Positions 1 to 8,173 of a stretch of 51,324 nt of DNA are shown one piece after another. Location of the stretch: assembly GCA_050257835.1 (NCBI GenBank), contig JBLMXP010000102.1, positions 1 through 51,324 on the forward strand, in the 5' to 3' direction. The stretch is from Planctomycetaceae bacterium (lineage in GTDB: Bacteria; Actinomycetota; UBA4738; HRBIN12). A model generated the notes under the pieces. It saw only the letters and a list, made by a program, of their open reading frames with translations. It was not told the DNA's origin and did not search any database. Numbering within the stretch: position 1 is the stretch's first letter; every line of letters starts with the position of its first letter. Both the position numbers and the translations under genes were made by a program.

Positions 1-5
1 CTGGC

Positions 6-1427
6 TCATGCCGAGGCCAACCGGAAGGCGAACGTCGCGCCGCCGCCCGGCGTCTCCTCCGTCCAGATCGTGCCGCCCATCGCCTCCACGAACCCCTTGC
101 AGATCGCGAGGCCCAGACCCGCGCCCAGACGCGGGGAGCGCTCTCCCAGGCGGTAGAAGGGGGTGAACAGCAGCTCGCGGTCCTCGGGGTCCAGCCCGGG
201 GCCGTGGTCGGCGACCCGCACGACGACGTCGGAGCCCGCGCGGGCCGTGCTGAGCATCACCCGGCGGTCTCCGCCGGCCCGCACCGACCTCGCCGCGTTC
301 TCGAGCAGGTTCACGACGACCCGCTCCACGAACACCGGGTCGCCGCGGACGATCGCGTCGGTGGGGACCTCAGCGCCGATGTCGACATCGGGCCAGCGGG
401 CGATCACCGACACGACGGCGGGCGGCACGGTCTCCGACAGGTCCACCGCGCGGGTCTTCGCGACGAGGGTGCCGCTCTCGATCCGCGACATGTCGAGCAG
501 GTTCGTGATCAGTTGCTCGAGCCGGCTGGTGGAGGCGCGCACGTCCTCGAGCACGTCGGCGACCTCGCCCGGCTGTGCCGCTTCGCCCCGGTCCAGCAGG
601 TCGGTCACCGCGGCGGTGATCGCGGCCACCGGGCTCTTCAGCTCGTGCGACGCGGCCGCCAGCAGCGATCGCCGCAGCGCGTCGGTGCGCTGCAGGACCT
701 CGGCCTCGCGAGCCGCGTCCTCCAGACGCCGGGCTTGCAGCGTCAGCGCCAGCTGGTCGGCGAACGTCCGCAGCACCCGGCCCTCGGTGGCCGACAGCGG
801 CGCGCGGTCCCCGACGAGCACGAGCATCCCAAGCTCGTCGGGCCCGACGTCGAGCGTGAACCGTGGGAACGGCACATCCTCCGGATCGTCCCGGCCGGGG
901 GGCCGGACCACCGCCGAGACGAACCCGAACCGCTCCGCGGTCCTGGCCAGCACGCGCACCAGCCCGTCCCTGGACCCGCCCTCGTCGGCGAGATCCCTGC
1001 TCAGCTCGTAGAGCACGCGGACCTCGGCTTCCCGCGCCTCGGCCGCCGCCGCACGCTCCTGCGCCCGCGCGACCAGGACCGAGATGATCGTGGCTGCCGC
1101 CGCGAACCCGACGAGCACCGCGACGAACTCCCCCCGCTCCACCGAGAGGCTCCCGTAGGGCGGGATGAACACGTAGTTGAAGAGCGCGGATCCGACCACC
1201 GCACCGACGATCCCGGGCCCGAGCCCCGCGATCCATGCGGCGGCGACGACCGGCACCAGCAGGACCAGCGTGATCAGCGCGTGGTTGACCTCGGCACGGA
1301 TCGGGCCGAGGACGAGCGCGACGAGGAGCGGGCCGAGGACCGCGACCGCGTAGGCGGACCGGCGCTTCCATGGCCCGGCCGTCGTGGCGAGCCTCGGCCC
1401 CGGTCGCGTGCGGACGTCCATCGGCAC
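6..1427 (-). CDS. KdpD-type sensor histidine kinase, C-terminal half only (membrane DUF4118-like block, GAF-like linker, HisKA, HATPase_c); orphan paralog
   Basis: 473-aa ORF. It has an N-terminal multi-TM block (LITLVLLVPVVAAAWIAG, FNYVFIPPYGS), an H-box SHELKSPVAAI, and ATPase boxes NLLENAARS, DHGPGL and GLGLAICKG. It starts at the membrane domain with no KdpD N-terminal/Usp region. It is closely similar to the kinase at 4706..6184 (RTDALRRSLLAAASHELKSP vs QTDAVRRSLLAAVSHDLRSP). Confidence 0.85.
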   Translation of the reverse strand: MPMDVRTRPGPRLATTAGPWKRRSAYAVAVLGPLLVALVLGPIRAEVNHALITLVLLVPVVAAAWIAGLGPGIVGAVVGSALFNYVFIPPYGSLSVERGEFVAVLVGFAAAATIISVLVARAQERAAAAEAREAEVRVLYELSRDLADEGGSRDGLVRVLARTAERFGFVSAVVRPPGRDDPEDVPFPRFTLDVGPDELGMLVLVGDRAPLSATEGRVLRTFADQLALTLQARRLEDAAREAEVLQRTDALRRSLLAAASHELKSPVAAITAAVTDLLDRGEAAQPGEVADVLEDVRASTSRLEQLITNLLDMSRIESGTLVAKTRAVDLSETVPPAVVSVIARWPDVDIGAEVPTDAIVRGDPVFVERVVVNLLENAARSVRAGGDRRVMLSTARAGSDVVVRVADHGPGLDPEDRELLFTPFYRLGERSPRLGAGLGLAICKGFVEAMGGTIWTEETPGGGATFAFRLASA

Positions 1428-1517
1428 GTCACCCTACCCGTCGCCCCCGCGCCCTTACGTTCCCCTTATCCGCGAGGCCTAGCGTCGCTGGTGAACGGAC
1501 GAGACGCAGGGGACACG

Positions 1518-3998
1518 ATGGCCCGCACGGACGCCCAACCCGGAACCACGCCGCGGACCGAGGTCGCCGGCAGCCGCGCGCCGCTTCCGCGTGGCCCGGG
1601 GTACGCGGTGAAGCGCGCGGTGCTCGGTCCCGCGCTGCCGACCGCCAACCTGATCCACGAGCGACTCGGCAAGGTCACCGCCCTCGCGATCTTCTCCTCC
1701 GACGCGCTGTCCTCCGTCGCCTACGCGACGCAGGAGATGCTGATCACGCTGTTCGCGGCCGGCGTGATCGCGGCGGCGGCCTTCCATCTGATCGTCCCGC
1801 TGTCGCTCGTGATCGTGTCGGTGCTCGCGATCTTGATGTTCAGCTACCGACAGACGATCAAGGCCTACCCCTCGGCCGGGGGCGCGTACATCGTCACGAA
1901 GGACAACTTCGGCCTGCTGCCGGCGCAGGTCGCCGGGGTGGCGCTCCTCACCGATTACGTGCTGACGGTCGCCGTGTCGGTCTCCGCCGGCGTCGCCGCG
2001 GTCGTCGCGGTCTTCCCAGAGCTCGCCTTCCTCCGCGTCGAGATGGCGGTCCTCGCGATCGTGATCCTCGCGCTCGGCAACCTGCGCGGGGTGAAGGAGT
2101 CCGGCCGGATCTTCGCGGCTCCGACCTACGTGTTCATCACGATGATCTTCTCGCTCCTGGTGATCGGCGCGATCCGATGGGCGACCGGATCGCTGCACGT
2201 GGCGTCGACCTCGGCGACGTACGCGACCGAGTGGGCCGCAGCGTTCAAGGCCAACGTCGGCACGTTGGCGCTCGTGAGCGCCGTCCCCCTCGGTCTGGCG
2301 ATGCACGCGCTCGCCTCCGGTTCCGCGGCGATGACCGGCGTCGAGGCGATCTCGAACGGCGTCCCGGCGTTCAAGCCGCCCGAATGGCGCAACGCGCGCA
2401 CGACGTTGATGGTCATGGGCGCCACGCTCGGCACGATGTTCCTCGGGATCTCGATCCTCGCCCAACGCGTGCAGGCGGTGCCCGATCCCGCCGACAAGGA
2501 CACGGTCCTGGCGGAGATCGGGCGCGCGATCTACGGCACCTCGGGGATCGGCCACCTCGCGTTCCTGATCCTGCAGGGCGCGACGATGCTGATCCTGGTC
2601 CTGGCGGCCAACACGGCGTTCGCGGACTTCCCGCGCCTGGCGAACTTCCACGCGGACGACGCCTTCCTGCCGCGGCAGTTCACGACGCGCGGCCACCGGC
2701 TCGTCTTCTCCAACGGCATCATCGCCCTCGCGGGGGCCGCCACGCTCCTGGTCGTCGCGTTCGGCGCCGACGTCACCCACCTGATCCCGTTCTACGCGAT
2801 CGGCGTGTTCACCTCGTTCACGCTGTCGCAGGCGGGGATGGCCAGACGCCACCTCCGGCTGCGGGAGCCGAGCTGGCGCCTCGGCCTGTTCGTCAACGGG
2901 CTCGGCTCGCTTGCCACGGGGCTCCTGCTGCTCGTGATCGGCGTCACGAAGTTCACGCACGGCGCCTGGGCCGTGATGGTGCTCGTGCCGGTGATGGTCT
3001 TCCTGCTGGTGCGGATGAACCACCAGTACGACCGCGAGAAGGTCGCGCTCGAACGCGACCTCGCAGCGTTCGGGCCACCCGAGCGCCTGGAGCACCCGGT
3101 GGTCGTGCTCCTCGTGGACGAGCTCGACCCGAGGACCGTCCACGCCCTGCAATACGCGAAGACGCTCCGCACGAAGGAGGTCATCGCGGTGCACCTGGAG
3201 GAGGACCCGGAGCGGACGCGCCGACTCCAACACGCCTGGCGCGTGGCAGGGCTGGATGCCGTCCCCCTGCGGGTCGTCCCCGGTCGCGGCGAGGACCCCG
3301 CGCGGCTGTGCGGCTTCGTCGGCGCGCTGTCGGCGCCGCAGGACACGGTGCTCGTCGTCGTGCCGGTGCCCCATCAACGTTCGCGGTTGGAGCGTCTGTC
3401 CGAGGCACGCGCCGGCGCGCGGCTCACCCGGGCCCTCCTGCCGTACGAGAACGTCGCGGTCACGCTCGTGCGGGACCACCCCGAGGGCGTCCATCCGCTC
3501 CAGCGGGACCCGCAAGGGCGGCCGATCGTCCACCTGAGCCCGCGGGCGACCCACGACGTCGTGATCCTGATCGACAAGCTCGACCGGGCGACCCTGCGCG
3601 CGATCCGCTACGCGATGACGCTCGGCGGCACCACCGTGCGGGCGCTGCACGCCGCGGCGGATCCGGATCGCGCCGTCCGGCTCGGTGAGCGCTGGCAGGA
3701 GCTGAACGCGCCGGTGCCGCTGGACATCGTCGAATGCTGGGACCGCGACGTCTCGCGGACGATCGAGCGGCACATCGTCTCGCTCTCACGTGGTGGCTCG
3801 CGCGGCAGCGAGGTGACCGTGGTGATGCCTCGCCGCGACTTCCCGAAGCTCCACCAGCGCCTGCTGCACGATCGGACGAGCCGGCGGATCCATCGCGCGC
3901 TCGGTCGCTACCCGCACATCGACGTCGCCGACGTGCCGTACTTCGTGCACGACGGCGCGACCGTAGGCGCCGCGGACCTCGAGACGGCCTCGGGCTAG
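1518..3998 (+). CDS. KimA-family (APC superfamily) putative K+/H+ symporter with two tandem C-terminal cytoplasmic domains
   Basis: The ATG at 1518 follows AGGGGA. The upstream part of the 204..3998 ORF is antisense shadow. Blocks recalled from B. subtilis KimA are present: SSDALSSVAYATQE, SYRQTIKAYPSAGGAYIV, LLTDYVLTVAVSVSAG, MTGVEAISNGVPAFKPP, LILVLAANTAFADFPRL, RGHRLVFSNGII, HLIPFYAIGVFTSFTLSQAGM. At 826 aa it is about 200 aa longer than KimA because the C-terminal domain occurs twice. Confidence 0.8.
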   Translation: MARTDAQPGTTPRTEVAGSRAPLPRGPGYAVKRAVLGPALPTANLIHERLGKVTALAIFSSDALSSVAYATQEMLITLFAAGVIAAAAFHLIVPLSLVIVSVLAILMFSYRQTIKAYPSAGGAYIVTKDNFGLLPAQVAGVALLTDYVLTVAVSVSAGVAAVVAVFPELAFLRVEMAVLAIVILALGNLRGVKESGRIFAAPTYVFITMIFSLLVIGAIRWATGSLHVASTSATYATEWAAAFKANVGTLALVSAVPLGLAMHALASGSAAMTGVEAISNGVPAFKPPEWRNARTTLMVMGATLGTMFLGISILAQRVQAVPDPADKDTVLAEIGRAIYGTSGIGHLAFLILQGATMLILVLAANTAFADFPRLANFHADDAFLPRQFTTRGHRLVFSNGIIALAGAATLLVVAFGADVTHLIPFYAIGVFTSFTLSQAGMARRHLRLREPSWRLGLFVNGLGSLATGLLLLVIGVTKFTHGAWAVMVLVPVMVFLLVRMNHQYDREKVALERDLAAFGPPERLEHPVVVLLVDELDPRTVHALQYAKTLRTKEVIAVHLEEDPERTRRLQHAWRVAGLDAVPLRVVPGRGEDPARLCGFVGALSAPQDTVLVVVPVPHQRSRLERLSEARAGARLTRALLPYENVAVTLVRDHPEGVHPLQRDPQGRPIVHLSPRATHDVVILIDKLDRATLRAIRYAMTLGGTTVRALHAAADPDRAVRLGERWQELNAPVPLDIVECWDRDVSRTIERHIVSLSRGGSRGSEVTVVMPRRDFPKLHQRLLHDRTSRRIHRALGRYPHIDVADVPYFVHDGATVGAADLETASG

Positions 3999-4001
3999 CG
4001 C

Positions 4002-4709
4002 TCAGCCGGCCGCAGCGCGGTCGGCGACTGGGCGCAGCATCCAGCGGTAGCCGATCCCCGGCTCGGTCACGATCGCCCGCGGTCTGCGCGGATCCGGCTC
4101 GATCTTGTGCCGGAGCTGGCTCACGAACACGCGGAGCACCTCAACGTCCTGTGCGTAGGGATCGCCCCACACCTTCTCGAGCAACCAGCGATGGGTGAGC
4201 AGCTTGCCCGAAGCGCCGACGAAGGCCTCCAGGAGCGCCCACTCGGTCCTCGTGAGGTGCACGTCGGCGCCGTCGCGACTGACGCGATGCTCGCCGAGGT
4301 CGATCAGCACGTCCCCAGCGCGGAACCGCGGCGGGGACGATCCCGCGGGCTCGGCCCGCCGCAGGAGCGCGCGCACGCGCGCCAGGAACTCCCCCACCCC
4401 GAAGGGCTTCGTCAGGTAGTCGTCGGCGCCGAGGTCGAGCGCGGCGATCTTGTCCGGCTCCTCCTCCCGCACCGACAGCACCAGCACCGGCACGGCGCTC
4501 CACGAGCGCAGCCGACGGCACACCTCCAGCCCGTCCATCACCGGCATGTTCAGGTCGAGGACCACGAGGTCGGGCGCCGCGGTCGCGACCCGATCGAGCC
4601 CTTCGGCGCCATCGGCCGCCGTGTCGACCTCGTACCCGCGCGCGGCCAGCGCGCGTTCCAGCGCGACGCGGATGTGCGCCTCGTCGTCGATCACGAGGAC
4701 CCGCGTCAT
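4002..4709 (-). CDS. kdpE: OmpR-family response regulator KdpE
   Basis: Starts at MTRVLVIDDE (the upstream part of the 324-aa ORF is Arg/Gly-rich junk). Receiver motifs are VVLDLNMP and TKPF; the winged-helix C-terminus has LTRTEWALLEAF and GIGYRW. The ATGA overlap with the upstream kinase stop (4706..4709) indicates translational coupling. Confidence 0.88.
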   Translation of the reverse strand: MTRVLVIDDEAHIRVALERALAARGYEVDTAADGAEGLDRVATAAPDLVVLDLNMPVMDGLEVCRRLRSWSAVPVLVLSVREEEPDKIAALDLGADDYLTKPFGVGEFLARVRALLRRAEPAGSSPPRFRAGDVLIDLGEHRVSRDGADVHLTRTEWALLEAFVGASGKLLTHRWLLEKVWGDPYAQDVEVLRVFVSQLRHKIEPDPRRPRAIVTEPGIGYRWMLRPVADRAAAG

Positions 4710-6184
4710 CCCGACCCCTTGGGCAGCGTGCAGACGAACGTCGCGCCCCCGCCGGGTGTGTCTTCGACCCAGAGGCTCCCGCCCATCAAGTCGACGAACC
4801 CCTTCGAGATCGCGAGCCCCAGCCCCGGGCCCAGGTGCGGCGTGCGCTCCGAGAGCCGGTAGAAGGCCGTGAACAGCTGCTCCCGCGCCTTCGCTTCGAT
4901 CCCCGGGCCGTGGTCTACGACCCGCACCGACGGGTCGGCCCCCTGGCGCCCGACGACGACCTCGACCTCGCGGCACGCGGCCGTCTCGGCGGCGCGGGCG
5001 GCGTTGTCGAGCAGGTTCGAGAGCACCCGGTCGAGGAACACGGGGTCGGCGGTCGCGGTCGCGGGATCTTCACCGATCTCTGCAACGAACGTCACCCCCG
5101 GCCATCTGCGCTCGACGTGGTCGAGCTCGCCGAGCACGATCTCGGCCAGGTCCACGACCTCCGGGCGGGCACGCAAGACGCCCGCCTCGATCCTCGACAT
5201 GTCGAGCAGGTTCGCCACCAAGGCGTCGAGCCGATCGGTCTCCGCGTCGATCGTGCGGAGCACGTCGTCGCGTTGCCCGTCTCCCCGGGCGACCTCGGGA
5301 TCCAACAGGTCCGTCACCGACGCCTTGATCGCGGCCAGCGGGCTCCGCAGGTCGTGCGACACCGCGGCGAGCAGGCTCCGTCGCACCGCGTCGGTCTGAC
5401 GCAGGACCTCGGCAGCGGTCGCGGCGCGCAGCAGCCGGTCGCGTTCGAGGACCAGGGCGAGCTGGTCGCACACGGCGCGCAGCACGCGGCCCTCGGCGTC
5501 CGTCAGCGGGTCGCGGTCGCCCGTGAGCACGATCAGGCCGAGGGTCCGGTTGCCGACCGTGAGCGGCAGGCGCTCGGGCGCGGCTCCGGGCGCCGACGGG
5601 TCCCACGTCGCCGAGAGCGGCCCTTCACCGATCCTGATCCGTTCCACCAGCGTCCCATCGTCGGCACGCTCGAACAGGCCGCCCGACGCGTATCCGAACG
5701 TCGCCACGAGCCGCTCGAGCAGGCTGCGGTAGGTCTCCTCCCCGGGCCCCCGGACGACGAGGTCGCGGCTCAGCTCCTGCAGCGTCCGAAGCTCGGCCTC
5801 CCGCGCCTCCGCCGCGTCCGCGCGGTCGGCGGCGTTGGCGACCAGGACCGACACGAGGACCGACAGCCCGAGGAAGACGAACAGCGCGAAGACGTCCTCC
5901 GCCGCGCCGATCGCGAACGTCCCGTAGGGCGGCAGGAACAGGAAGTTGAACGAGAGGAACGCGACGACCGATGCGACGATACCCGGGCCGAACCGGCCGA
6001 TCGCGGCGGTGATCACCACGAGCACGAGGAAGAAGAACCCCACCGTCTGGGGTCGCACGACGGTGCGCAGCGGGAGCAGCGCGAGGCCGAACACGACCGG
6101 GCCCACGACGCCGATCAAGTAGCCGACCGTGCGACGACGCGTCGCCGCGGGTTCTCGAACCAGGCGGAACATCCGGGTGCCCAC
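4706..6184 (-). CDS. kdpD: KdpD-type sensor histidine kinase lacking the N-terminal KdpD/Usp domains
   Basis: 492-aa ORF. It has a DUF4118-like TM block (FFFLVLVVITAAIGRFGPGIVASVVAFLSFNFLFLPPYG), a GAF-like region, an H-box SHDLRSPLAAI, and NLLDNAARA, DHGPGI, GLGLAISKG. It is coupled to kdpE and divergent from kdpF. The start could be M1 or M5. Confidence 0.88.
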   Translation of the reverse strand: MGTRMFRLVREPAATRRRTVGYLIGVVGPVVFGLALLPLRTVVRPQTVGFFFLVLVVITAAIGRFGPGIVASVVAFLSFNFLFLPPYGTFAIGAAEDVFALFVFLGLSVLVSVLVANAADRADAAEAREAELRTLQELSRDLVVRGPGEETYRSLLERLVATFGYASGGLFERADDGTLVERIRIGEGPLSATWDPSAPGAAPERLPLTVGNRTLGLIVLTGDRDPLTDAEGRVLRAVCDQLALVLERDRLLRAATAAEVLRQTDAVRRSLLAAVSHDLRSPLAAIKASVTDLLDPEVARGDGQRDDVLRTIDAETDRLDALVANLLDMSRIEAGVLRARPEVVDLAEIVLGELDHVERRWPGVTFVAEIGEDPATATADPVFLDRVLSNLLDNAARAAETAACREVEVVVGRQGADPSVRVVDHGPGIEAKAREQLFTAFYRLSERTPHLGPGLGLAISKGFVDLMGGSLWVEDTPGGGATFVCTLPKGSG

Positions 6185-6331
6185 GACCCGAGGATAGGCA
6201 CACCCGTGTCGCGGCGGAACGGGTCGCCGGCCAGGCGCGCCAACCCATACGGTTCCCGAACGCCGTACACGGCAGACCTCACGGGGGCCTCACACCGGAT
6301 GCGTAGCGTCGCGGGTGGAGGTGAGATCCAC

Positions 6332-6415
6332 GTGACGGACCTGATGATGATCGCGCTCACGGTCGTGACGTTCCTCGCGATCGGGCTGTTCGTCGTCGCG
6401 ATGGACCGGGTGTGA
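6332..6415 (+). CDS. 27-aa hydrophobic peptide upstream of and overlapping kdpF (candidate extra Kdp small subunit or leader peptide)
   Basis: The GTG at 6332 lies 8 nt after GGAGGTGAG. Every codon ends in G or C. The product VTDLMMIALTVVTFLAIGLFVVAMDRV is a single TM helix. Its TGA overlaps the kdpF GTG (GTGA at 6412..6415). Confidence 0.45.
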   Translation: MTDLMMIALTVVTFLAIGLFVVAMDRV

Positions 6416-6501
6416 CGACCGCCGACGTCCTCGAGCTGATCGTCTCGGTCGCGCTGCTCGTGTACCTAACGGTCGCGCTGCTCCGTCCGGAGCGGTTCTG
6501 A
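6412..6501 (+). CDS. kdpF: K+-transporting ATPase subunit F
   Basis: 29 aa, VTTADVLELIVSVALLVYLTVALLRPERF. This is a typical KdpF: a single TM, an aromatic residue mid-helix and a C-terminal (P)E(R/K)F. It ends 1 nt before the kdpA ATG. It is too small for the ORF track. Confidence 0.8.
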   Translation: MTTADVLELIVSVALLVYLTVALLRPERF

Positions 6502-6502
6502 G

Positions 6503-8173
6503 ATGGCCACCGTCTTGGCCCTGCTCGTCCTGATCGTCGCCCTGACGCCGCCGCTCGGCGCCTACATGTACCGGGTCTACACGGCGGAGCGGATCGGACG
6601 CGCGGAGGGCCTGCTGTACCGGCTGATCGGCGTCAACCCGGCGACCGAGCAGAGCTGGAAGCGCTACGCGAGCTGTGTCGTGTGGTTCAGCGCGATCTCG
6701 ATGCTGCTGACCTACGCGGTCCTGCGGCTGCAGGCGCACCTCCCGCTCGACCCCACCGGGGTGCCGGCGGTCGGCACGAACGTCGCCTTCAACACCGCGG
6801 CCAGCTTCGCGTCCAACACGAACTGGCAGACCTACGGGGGCGAGACGACGATGAGCTACCTGAGCCAGATGCTCGGGCTCACGTTCCAGAACTTCGTCTC
6901 GGCCGCCGTCGGCATGGCGGTGCTGGTCGCGACGATCCGCGGCTTCGTGCGCTCGCGCGGCGAGGGCCTCGGCAACTTCTGGCGCGACCTGGTGCGCACG
7001 GTCGTGTACATCCTCCTGCCGCTCGCGGCCCTCGTCGCCCTGCTCCTCATCGCCCAGGGCGTCGTGCAGACCTTCGCGGGCTCCGTCGTGGTCAGGGGGA
7101 TCCAGGGGTTCGAGCAGACGATCGCCCGCGGTCCGGTCGCGTCGCAGGTCGCGATCAAACAGCTCGGCACGAACGGCGGGGGGTTCTTCAACGTGAACTC
7201 CGCGCACCCGTTCGAAGGCGGCACGCCGCTCGCGGACTTCCTCGAGCTCGTCTCGATCCTGCTGATCCCCGCCGCCCTGACCTACACCTTCGGCAAGATG
7301 GTCGGCAACGTCCGCCAGGGCTGGGCGCTGTTCGCGGCGATGCTGGTGCTCTTCCTCGCCGGCCTCGCCGTCACGGTCCCCCAGGAGCACACGGCGACCC
7401 AGGCGATGCAGACGGCGGGCGTCGCCGCGGCCCAGCCGAACCTGGAGGGCAAGGAGGTCCGCTACGGACCGGACCTCTCGGGGACCTGGGCGGTCGCCAC
7501 CACGGCCGCATCCAACGGCTCGGTCGACTCGATGCACGACTCATACCAGCCGCTCGCGATGGTCGTGCCGGTGTTCAACATCGCGGTCGGCGAGATCGTG
7601 TTCGGCGGCGTCGGCAGCGGCCTGTACGGGATGCTCTTCTACGTCGTGATCGCCGTGTTCATCGGCGGCCTGATGGTGGGGCGCACGCCCGAGTACCTGG
7701 GCAAGAAGATCGGCGCCCGTCAGGTCAAGATCTCCGCGATCGCGGTGCTGGTGCCGTTCCTGCTGGCGCTCGCGATGACGGCGGTGGCCGTGGTGACCCC
7801 CGCCGGCCTGTCGGCACGGCTCAACGACGGACCGCACGGCTTCACCGAGATCCTCTACGCCTTCTCGTCGATGGGGAACAACAACGGCTCGGCGTTCGCG
7901 GGTCTGACGGCGACCGGCGCGCTCTACTCGGTCGGCGGCGGGGTGCTGATGCTCGCCGCGAGGTTCGTCCCGTTGATCGCCGCGCTGGCCCTCGGAGGTT
8001 CGCTCGTCGTGGAGGGCGTGGTTCCCGAGACCGAGGGCACGCTGCCGACCGATCGGCCGTTGTTCGTGGGTCTGCTGGACGGCGTGATCGTCGTGATCGG
8101 CGCCCTCACCTTCTTCCCGGCCCTCGCGCTCGGGCTGATCGTGGAGGGTCTGACCAAGGGGGTGACACGATGA
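6503..8173 (+). CDS. kdpA: K+-transporting ATPase subunit A
   Basis: 556-aa polytopic protein. KdpA blocks include [29 protein letters not shown] and [11 protein letters not shown]. Confidence 0.95.
   Translation: MATVLALLVLIVALTPPLGAYMYRVYTAERIGRAEGLLYRLIGVNPATEQSWKRYASCVVWFSAISMLLTYAVLRLQAHLPLDPTGVPAVGTNVAFNTAASFASNTNWQTYGGETTMSYLSQMLGLTFQNFVSAAVGMAVLVATIRGFVRSRGEGLGNFWRDLVRTVVYILLPLAALVALLLIAQGVVQTFAGSVVVRGIQGFEQTIARGPVASQVAIKQLGTNGGGFFNVNSAHPFEGGTPLADFLELVSILLIPAALTYTFGKMVGNVRQGWALFAAMLVLFLAGLAVTVPQEHTATQAMQTAGVAAAQPNLEGKEVRYGPDLSGTWAVATTAASNGSVDSMHDSYQPLAMVVPVFNIAVGEIVFGGVGSGLYGMLFYVVIAVFIGGLMVGRTPEYLGKKIGARQVKISAIAVLVPFLLALAMTAVAVVTPAGLSARLNDGPHGFTEILYAFSSMGNNNGSAFAGLTATGALYSVGGGVLMLAARFVPLIAALALGGSLVVEGVVPETEGTLPTDRPLFVGLLDGVIVVIGALTFFPALALGLIVEGLTKGVTR

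Noticed and set aside
204-1517. The N-terminal 438 codons of the 1264-aa ORF 204..3998
   Set aside because: This part runs antisense to the well-supported kinase gene 6..1427. It is Arg/His/Asp/Gly-rich low-complexity sequence, and a good RBS plus ATG at 1518 starts the recognisable transporter.
1479-3773. 764-aa minus-strand ORF
   Set aside because: It is entirely antisense to the KimA-like gene. Its Arg/Asp/His/Gly-rich composition has no motifs, which is typical of a high-GC shadow ORF.
6682-8169. Upstream extension of the kdpB ORF (1186 aa) and the minus-strand ORFs 6290..7537 and 7924..10017
   Set aside because: These overlap kdpA and kdpB out of frame or antisense. kdpB starts at the ATGA junction at 8170, and the extensions are Arg/Gly/Pro-rich.
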